A stretch of DNA of 64,000 nt, taken from positions 2,604,001-2,668,000 of the forward strand of contig NIVC01000001.1 of NCBI GenBank assembly GCA_002269645.1, given 5' to 3'. Positions 54,720-64,000 of the stretch are shown in pieces. Numbering within the stretch: position 1 is the first letter of the stretch; each line of letters begins with the position of its first letter. Origin of the DNA: Macrostomum lignano. Taxonomy: Eukaryota. The notes beneath the pieces were generated by a model. The model saw nothing but the letters and a program-made list of their open reading frames with translations. It was not told the origin of the DNA and did no database searches. A program made the position numbers and the translations under genes.

Positions 54720-55551
54720 GCCGCAGGCAATTTTCCTAGAACCAAAAACGCCATCATCTAAAGCGAAATAGTTTTTATGAGCCATCATCAATCAGTTTAC
54801 CAAGCAAATATTTATTAGTACAATACAGATCCTTCGTTGGAGTTGTTCTCTTCGCCAGAAACGTAACAGAGCAGGTTAATTGCTAAAGTGTACCAACTGT
54901 CCCCTGAGAAAAACAATAACTAAAAGAACGTTTGGCCAAGACGTGGCATCGATTATACTCAGCAACCGAGCGCGTGCAATTCTCGGTCGATACAGACAGA
55001 AGAAGCCATGCGGACCATCAATCAGCCAGTGTAGGGTCCCAACTCCCCAATGTTGTTGGCTTTTAACAAAATGAGCTTGAAAACCATTAGCTAGCTACAG
55101 AGTTGAAGAAAAGCTAAACTTTGACTGACTGATTTTGACTTGTTCACCAGGCTCAACAAGGATTCACTCGGCTGACAGTCAGTGAACTGAAGGCGATCGT
55201 GGCGTCTGAGGTAATTGGGTATGCAAAATTGATTACCCCAGATAGATGCCTCGGGAGGGCCTGTGCGTGGCTAGCAGAGACAGAAAAGTGAAAACGCAAT
55301 GAAGACGGAGTTAATTTCTTAAAAGAAAATGCGAATTCGAGCATATGCAGGCTTCTGTGAGCAGCCATTAGCTGCTGCTGGCTCAGCTCGCCGTCTCTAT
55401 GTTGCACTTTTTCTTATTCAGTATGCATGTAACACTCAATTTAATGCTCATAAAAGTTAAATGTGAGCTTTAAACTTTTCGAGAGAATTTGCTTTAGCGA
55501 TTATTTATTAATATCGTTGAAACATTAGCTAGAATAAACAAGCGGCAATTA

Positions 55552-58500
55552 AAGGGGATGTCAACTTAAGCACCAGAATGGAGCCCGAAGTTCAGCTCCG
55601 GACCAAACCGACTGCAATCGATAACTTGTCGGCCCAGACGACTAGAATCGCCGAGACATCCCATCCGGCTCCCTTCCTTGGGGTCCCAGGGGATAAAATG
55701 GGGATCTCATGTCAACTTAAGGCTCTGGAATGGAGCCCGAAGTTCAGCTCCGGACCAAACCGACTGCAATCGATAACTTGTCGGCCCAGACGACTAGAAT
55801 CGCCGAGACATCCCATCCGGCTCCCTTCCTTGGGGTCCCAGGGGATAAAGGGGATAAAATGGGGATCTCATGTCAACTTAAGGCTCTGGAATGGAGCCCG
55901 AAGTTCAGCTCCGGACCAAACCGACTGCAATCGATAACTTGTCGGCCCAGACGACTAGAATCGCCGAGACATCCCATCCGGCTCCCTTCCTTGGGGTCCC
56001 AGGGGATAAAGGGGATAAAATGGGGATCTCATGTCAACTTAAGGCTCTGGAATGGAGCCCGAAGTTCAGCTCCGGCCCAAACCGACTGCAATCGATAACT
56101 TGTCGGCCCAGACGACTAGAATCGCCGAGACATCCCATCCGGCTCCCTTCCTTGGGGTCCCAGGGGATAAAGGGGATAAAATGGGGATCTCATGTCAACT
56201 TAAGGCTCTGGAATGGAGCCCGAAGTTCAGCTCCGGACCAAACCGACTGCAATCGATAACTTGTCGGCCCAGACGACTAGAATCGCCGAGACATCCCATC
56301 CGGCTCCCTTCCTTGGGGTCCCAGGGGATAAAGGGGATAAAATGGGGATCTCATGTCAACTTAAGGCTCTGGCATGGAGCCCGAAGTTCAGCTCCGGACC
56401 AAACCGACTGCAATCGATAACTTGTCGGCCCAGACGACTAGAATCGCCGAGACATCCCATCCGGCTCCCTTCCTTGGGGTCCCAGGGGATAAAGGGGATA
56501 AAATGGGGATCTCATGTCAACTTAAGGCTCTGGAATGGAGCCCGAAGTTCAGCTCCGGCCCAAACCGACTGCAATCGATAACTTGTCGGCCCAGACGACT
56601 AGAATCGCCGAGACATCCCATCCGGCTTCCTTCCTTGGGGTCCCAGGGGATAAAGGGGATAAAATGGGGATCTCATGTCAACTTAAGGCTCTGGAATGGA
56701 GCCCGAAGTTCAGCTCCGGACCAAACCGACTGCAATCGATAACTTGTCGGCCCAGACGACTAGAATCGCCGAGACATCCCATCCGGCTCCCTTCCTTGGG
56801 GTCCCAGGGGATAAAGGGGATAAAATGGGGATCTCATGTCAACTTAAGGCTCTGGAATGGAGCCCGAAGTTCAGCTCCGGACCAAACCGACTGCAATCGA
56901 TAACTTGTCGGCCCAGACGACTAGAATCGCCGAGACATCCCATCCGGCTCCCTTCCTTGGGGTCCCAGGGGATAAAGGGGATAAAATGGGGATCTCATGT
57001 CAACTTAAGGCTCTGGAATGGAGCCCGAAGTTCAGCTCCGGACCAAACCGACTGCAATCGATAACTTGTCGGCCCAGACGACTAGAATCGCCGAGACATC
57101 CCATCCGGCTCCCTTCCTTGGGGTCCCAGGGGATAAAGGGGATAAAATGGGGATCTCATGTCAACTTAAGGCTCTGGAATGGAGCCCGAAGTTCAGCTCC
57201 GGACCAAACCGACTGCAATCGATAACTTGTCGGCCCAGACGACTAGAATCGCCGAGACATCCCATCCGGCTCCCTTCCTTGGGGTCCCAGGGGATAAAGG
57301 GGATAAAATGGGGATCTCATGTCAACTTAAGGCTCTGGAATGGAGCCCGAAGTTCAGCTCCGGCCCAAACCGACTGCAATCGATAACTTGTCGGCCCAGA
57401 CGACTAGAATCGCCGAGACATCCCATCCGGCTCCCTTCCTTGGGGTCCCAGGGGATAAAGGGGATAAAATGGGGATCTCATGTCAACTTAAGGCTCTGGA
57501 ATGGAGCCCGAAGTTCAGCTCCGGCCCAAACCGACTGCAATCGATAACTTGTCGGCCCAGACGACTAGAATCGCAGAGACATCCCATCCGGCTCCCTTCC
57601 TTGGGCTGACTGAAACTCCTCTCGCTGGCCCCTAAAATGTTGCTCAGTAGGCTTTCGCTGCTGTGGTAAAGCGTTTTCTCTAGCATAAAGTCTGGCAACA
57701 AGGCTGCGTGGAAGAGCGAAATCAACAAAGCGAAGGCCGGCACCAGACCTTCGATAGCTACATATGTATCTTGGTGGTAAGCGTAGCAGCCCAGGAGTTT
57801 GAGCAATGCCATTACGCTCGTACATGACAATCGCAGCCTGCAGTCCTACTTCCTGCTTTTGCTGACGAGTAGAAGCCAGGAAGAAGTTGCAATCCTGGAT
57901 CTCTAAAACCAAAGCGATTGTCCGCTGCTGTCACACACTCTAAGAATCACGCGGTAGGATTTTGAATTATGGCAGAATCAAATCAAGAAAAATCAAGACG
58001 GATGCCACCGACCGAATCGGTTGCTCCAGTTTTCTAGCGGCGTCGCTTGCCGAAACTTCCAACACTCCCGGCGGCTTGGATGTGTAACTCAAAGTCTCTC
58101 CAGGAGTCACCTTCGTAGCTATCGATGTTTTGAATGGAATAATCGTCTGGGCCGACAAGTTATCGATTTCAGTCGGTTTGGGCCAGAGCTGAACTTCGGG
58201 CTCCATTCCAGAGCCTTAAGTTGACATGAGATCCCCATTTTATCCCCTTTATCCCCTGGGACCCCAAGGAAGGGAGCCGGATGGGATGTCTCGGCGATTC
58301 TAGTCGTCTGGGCCGACAAGTTATCGATTGCAGTCGGTTTGGTCCGGAGCTGAACTTCGGGCTCCATTCCAGAGCCTTAAGTTGACATGAGATCCCCATT
58401 TTATCCCCTTTATCCCCTGGGACCCCAAGGAAGGGAGCCGGATGGGATGTCTCGGCGATTCTAGTCGTCTGGGCCGACAAGTTATCGATTGCAGTCGGTT

Positions 58501-59840
58501 TGGTCCGGAGCTGAACTTCGGGCTCCATTCCAGAGCCTTAAGTTGACATGAGATCCCCATTTTATCCCCTTTATCCCCTGGGACCCCAAGGAAGGGAGCC
58601 GGATGGGATGTCTCGGCGATTCTAGTCGTCTGGGCCGACAAGTTATCGATTGCAGTCGGTTTGGTCCGGAGCTGAACTTCGGGCTCCATTCCAGAGCCTT
58701 AAGTTGACATGAGATCCCCATTTTATCCCCTTTATCCCCTGGGACCCCAAGGAAGGGAGCCGGATGGGATGTCTCGGCGATTCTAGTCGTCTGGGCCGAC
58801 AAGTTATCGATTGCAGTCGGTTTGGTCCGGAGCTGAACTTCGGGCTCCATTCCAGAGCCTTAAGTTGACATGAGATCCCCATTTTATCCCCTTTATCCCC
58901 TGGGACCCCAAGGAAGGGAGCCGGATGGGATGTCTCGGCGATTCTAGTCGTCTGGGCCGACAAGTTATCGATTGCAGTCGGTTTGGGCCGGAGCTGAACT
59001 TCGGGCTCCATTCCAGAGCCTTAAGTTGACATGAGATCCCCATTTTATCCCCTTTATCCCCTGGGACCCAAGGAAGGGAGCCGGATGGGATGTCTCGGCG
59101 ATTCTAGTCGTCTGGGCCGACAAGTTATCGATTGCAGTCGGTTTGGTCCGGAGCTGAACTTCGGGCTCCATTCCAGAGCCTTAAGTTGACATGAGATCCC
59201 CATTTTATCCCCTTTATCCCCTGGGACCCCAAGGAAGGGAGCCGGATGGGATGTCTCGGCGATTCTAGTCGTCTGGGCCGACAAGTTATCGATTGCAGTC
59301 GGTTTGGGCCGGAGCTGAACTTCGGGCTCCATTCCAGAGCCTTAAGTTGACATGAGATCCCCATTTTATCCCCTTTATCCCCTGGGACCCCAAGGAAGGG
59401 AGCCGGATGGGATGTCTCGGCGATTCTAGTCGTCTGGGCCGACAAGTTATCGATTGCAGTCGGTTTGGTCCGGAGCTGAACTTCGGGCTCCATTCCAGAG
59501 CCTTAAGTTGACATGAGATCCCATTTTATCCCCTTTATCCCCTGGGACCCCAAGGAAGGGAGCCGGATGGGATGTCTCGGCGATTCTAGTCGTCTGGGCC
59601 GACAAGTTATCGATTGCAGTCGGTTTGGTCCGGAGCTGAACTTCGGGCTCCATTCCAGAGCCTTAAGTTGACATGAGATCCCCATTTTATCCCCTTTATC
59701 CCCTGGGACCCCAAGGAAGGGAGCCGGATGGGATGTCTCGGCGATTCTAGTCGTCTGGGCCGACAAGTTATCGATTGCAGTCGGTTTGGGCCGGAGCTGA
59801 ACTTCGGGCTCCATTCTGGTGCTTAAGTTGACATCCCCTT
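55552..59840. mobile_element. 4.3-kb foldback element whose arms are inverted arrays of a 161-bp unit
   Basis: Exact inverted termini aaggggatgtcaacttaagcaccagaatggagcccgaagttc. About 13 units on + (55552-57605) and about 11 on - (58143-59840), with a 537-bp unique spacer. Left flank TTAA, right flank not TTAA. Confidence 0.9.
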
Positions 59841-60069
59841 AGGAAAATTGGGCTATGAATAAAAAATAATATTTTACTCTCCAAGCATGAGAAAATAGCG
59901 ACGAAAAAGCTGTTTAGAGTATTTTTAGTATAGTATAGTTTATGAAAAATCTAAGTGCATGAAATTGTTAATAAGTGGTGTTAATTCCTTGATGTCAGCA
60001 TAATCCAGCCAATCAAAATGCAAGCAATAAGAATTCAGCCAACTTCAACCAATCAAAATCCATCAAAAT

Positions 60070-60785
60070 TCAACCAATCAGAACCCAGCCAATCAAAATG
60101 CAACCAATCAGAATCTAGCTAATCAAAATGCAACCAATCAGAATCTAGCTAATCAAAATGCAACCAATCAGGATCTAGCTAATCAAAATGCAACCAATCA
60201 GAATCTAGCTAATCAAAATGCAACCAATCAGAATCTAGCTAATCAAAATGCAACCAATCAGAATCTAGCTAATCAAAATGCAACCAATCAGAATCTAGCT
60301 AATCAAAATGCAACCAATCAGGATCTAGCTAATCAAAATGCAACCAATCAGAATCTAGCTAATCAAAATGCAACCAATCAGAATCTAGCTAATCAAAATG
60401 CAACCAATCAGAATCTAGCTAATCAAAATGCAACCAATCAGAATCTAGCTAATCAAAATGCAACCAATCAGAATCTAGCTAATCAAAATGCAACCAATCA
60501 GAATCTAGCTAATCAAAATGCAACCAATCAGAATCCAGGCAATCAAAATGCAACCAATCAGAATCCAGGCAATCAAAATGCAACCAATCAGAATTCAGCC
60601 AATCAAAATGCAACCAATCAGAATCTAGCTAATCAAAATGCAACCAATCAGAATCCAGGCAATCAAAATGCAACCAATCAGAATTCAGCCAATCAAAATG
60701 CAACCAATCAGAATCTAGCCAATCAAAATGCAACCAATCAGAGTTCAGCCAATCAAAATGCAACAAATCAGAATCCAGACAATCA
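60070..60785. repeat. 30-bp minisatellite (aatcaaaatgcaaccaatcagaatctagct) rich in CCAAT boxes, x~23
   Basis: Direct inspection. Confidence 0.96.
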
Positions 60786-60988
60786 ATATTCAGCAACTTT
60801 CTTGCTAGAGACACAACAATTTAAAAGAATAGCATTGGTGCAGCTAAACATCTATTGACAATAAGTCATGTAATTAATACAGTAAATAATCTACTCATGT
60901 TAGGAAAGTGCATAAAATGTGACGTCATTGTAGAGTTGTTAACAGTTTTTCAATCACTGTCTCTGATCAGACTGAGACTCTGAGAACT

Positions 60989-62723
<1,735 letters not shown>

Positions 62724-62774
62724 CTGGGGGCGATGGATTGGCGTTGTAGCTTTTTATTGGCTGGACACCTCGTC

Positions 62775-63245
62775 TGTCACTCTCAGTTTGGCACTCACAA
62801 TGTGTCACTCCCTGTTCGACACTCTCCCAATGGGTCACTCCCTGTTAGACACTCTCCCAATGTGTCACTCCCTGTTAGACACTCTCCCAATGTGTCACTC
62901 CCTGTTAGACACTCTCCCAATGTGTCACTCCCTGTTAGACACTCTCCCAATGTGTCACTCCCTGTTAGACACTCTCCCAATGTGTCACTCCCTGTTCGAC
63001 ACTCTCCCAATGGGTCACTCCCTGTTCGACACTCTCCCAATGTCACTCCCTGTTCGACACTCTCCCAATGTCACTCCCTGGTCGACACTCTCCCAATGTC
63101 ACTCGCTAATAGACACTCCTAATGTGTCCCTCCCTGTTACACACTTTCCCAATGTGTCTCTCCCTGTCCGGCACTCTCTCAATGTGTCACTCCCTGTCCG
63201 GCACTCTCCCAATGTGTCACTCCCTGTCCGGCACTCTCCTAATCT
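62775..63245. repeat. 30-bp minisatellite (cactccctgttagacactctcccaatgtgt) in a GPCR intron
   Basis: Direct inspection. Confidence 0.93.
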
Positions 63246-63864
63246 GTCATTCCATGTTGTCACTCGCAACTTTTCATCATCAACCTGTCAATTTGATATC
63301 CAGTATGTCACTCAGTAGTCTCCAGTGTCTAAAAATGGTTCAAAAAGTTGGCTGCAAAAAAGTTTAGTAGAACCTCGCCCTAGTCGGAGTAAATCTCAGG
63401 CTATATTTCTAGTCAGTTGATGACCAGAGGCATTGGCACCCTTGAGACTTAAGTACTCAGTATGAGGGTACGACTTTTAGGGTTCGATATTTATCCCGTT
63501 CCCCATTTCGAACCGCCTCATCAGCCTATTTCCAAATCTGCCAGAATTCGATAAGAGCAGCTATCCTACTTGGCTTACTGGATTCGAATGCTATTTAAAG
63601 TTCAGAACTTTGGCCATGGCTTAAGCATTTAAAGAATTAAGAGGCCTGCTTGTCTGTGATCTGCCTCTGTGAGACCCGCATCGTTTTTGTTTTATCTCCT
63701 ACGCCATGAATGGCGGGGTCTCTTCTTGTTTCCGGGCGGGATAAACAGCTTCAAGAGTCTCAGCCATTCCCCAGTCCTCCAGACCTCTTGAGTCTCGGGC
63801 CGCTTCATCCGTCTCAGTCACTCTGCCCCAGACTCAATCACTGTGTCTCAGTCTCAGTCCCACT

Positions 63865-64000
63865 CCTTAAGTCCCAGTCACTCTTCATCAGTCCCAATCA
63901 CTCTCCATGAGTCTCCGTCACTCTCCATCAGTCTCAGTCACTCTCCATCAATCTCAGTCACTCTCCATCAGTCTCAGTCTCTCTCCATCAATCTCAGTCT
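63865..64000. repeat. 20-bp repeat (gtctcagtcactctccatca) running off the window
   Basis: Direct inspection. Confidence 0.85.

Noticed and set aside
55100-55270. Exon-like minus-strand segment (GPPEASIWGNQFCIPNYLRRHDRLQF...)
   Set aside because: No recognisable family and no partner exons identified.
55552-59840. CRISPR-like regular array and the many 122-aa ORFs
   Set aside because: Units are contiguous identical 161-mers with no unique spacers and no cas genes, in a eukaryotic context. The ORFs are overlapping translations of the repeat.
60100-60790. Open NQNATNQNLA repeat frame resembling a glycoprotein
   Set aside because: No start codon or splice context; the 30-bp period makes one frame open by default.

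Overview
Repeat-rich eukaryotic (metazoan-type) genomic DNA with GT-AG introns. The style (GC-rich exons, introns stuffed with tandem repeats) is reminiscent of the flatworm Macrostomum, but that is inference only. Host genes: a pICln/CLNS1A homologue running off the left end (1-435, minus, absent from the ORF track), a 3-exon BEN-domain gene (33242-35674), an NTF2 homologue (to 39525) and the last two coding exons of a class A peptide-type GPCR (60989-62723, minus). The first half is a nested transposon stack that can be reconstructed base by base. A MULE relic with probable long TIRs is split by a Ty3/Gypsy element (6887-27690; 194-bp LTRs 193/194 identical; TSD GTGAC). The gag of that Gypsy is split by a 13.4-kb CMC/EnSpm-type DNA transposon (7407-20806; 32-bp TIRs; TSD TT) carrying an apparently intact 3-exon transposase, a head-to-head partner gene and a decayed THAP/P-element fragment. 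Just before the Gypsy PPT sits a Crypton-like tyrosine-recombinase unit with a complete R-HxxR-H-Y set, a truncated paralogue and two large hairpins. The second half holds a non-autonomous LTR element with identical LTRs (31195-33081), an array of about 638-bp exon-plus-intron-like units (43.4-48.6 kb), a 4.3-kb foldback whose arms are inverted 161-bp satellite arrays (55552-59840), CpG-void tracts and many minisatellites. No CRISPR, rRNA or intact tRNA gene is supported. Most long ORFs in the supplied track are translations of tandem repeats.
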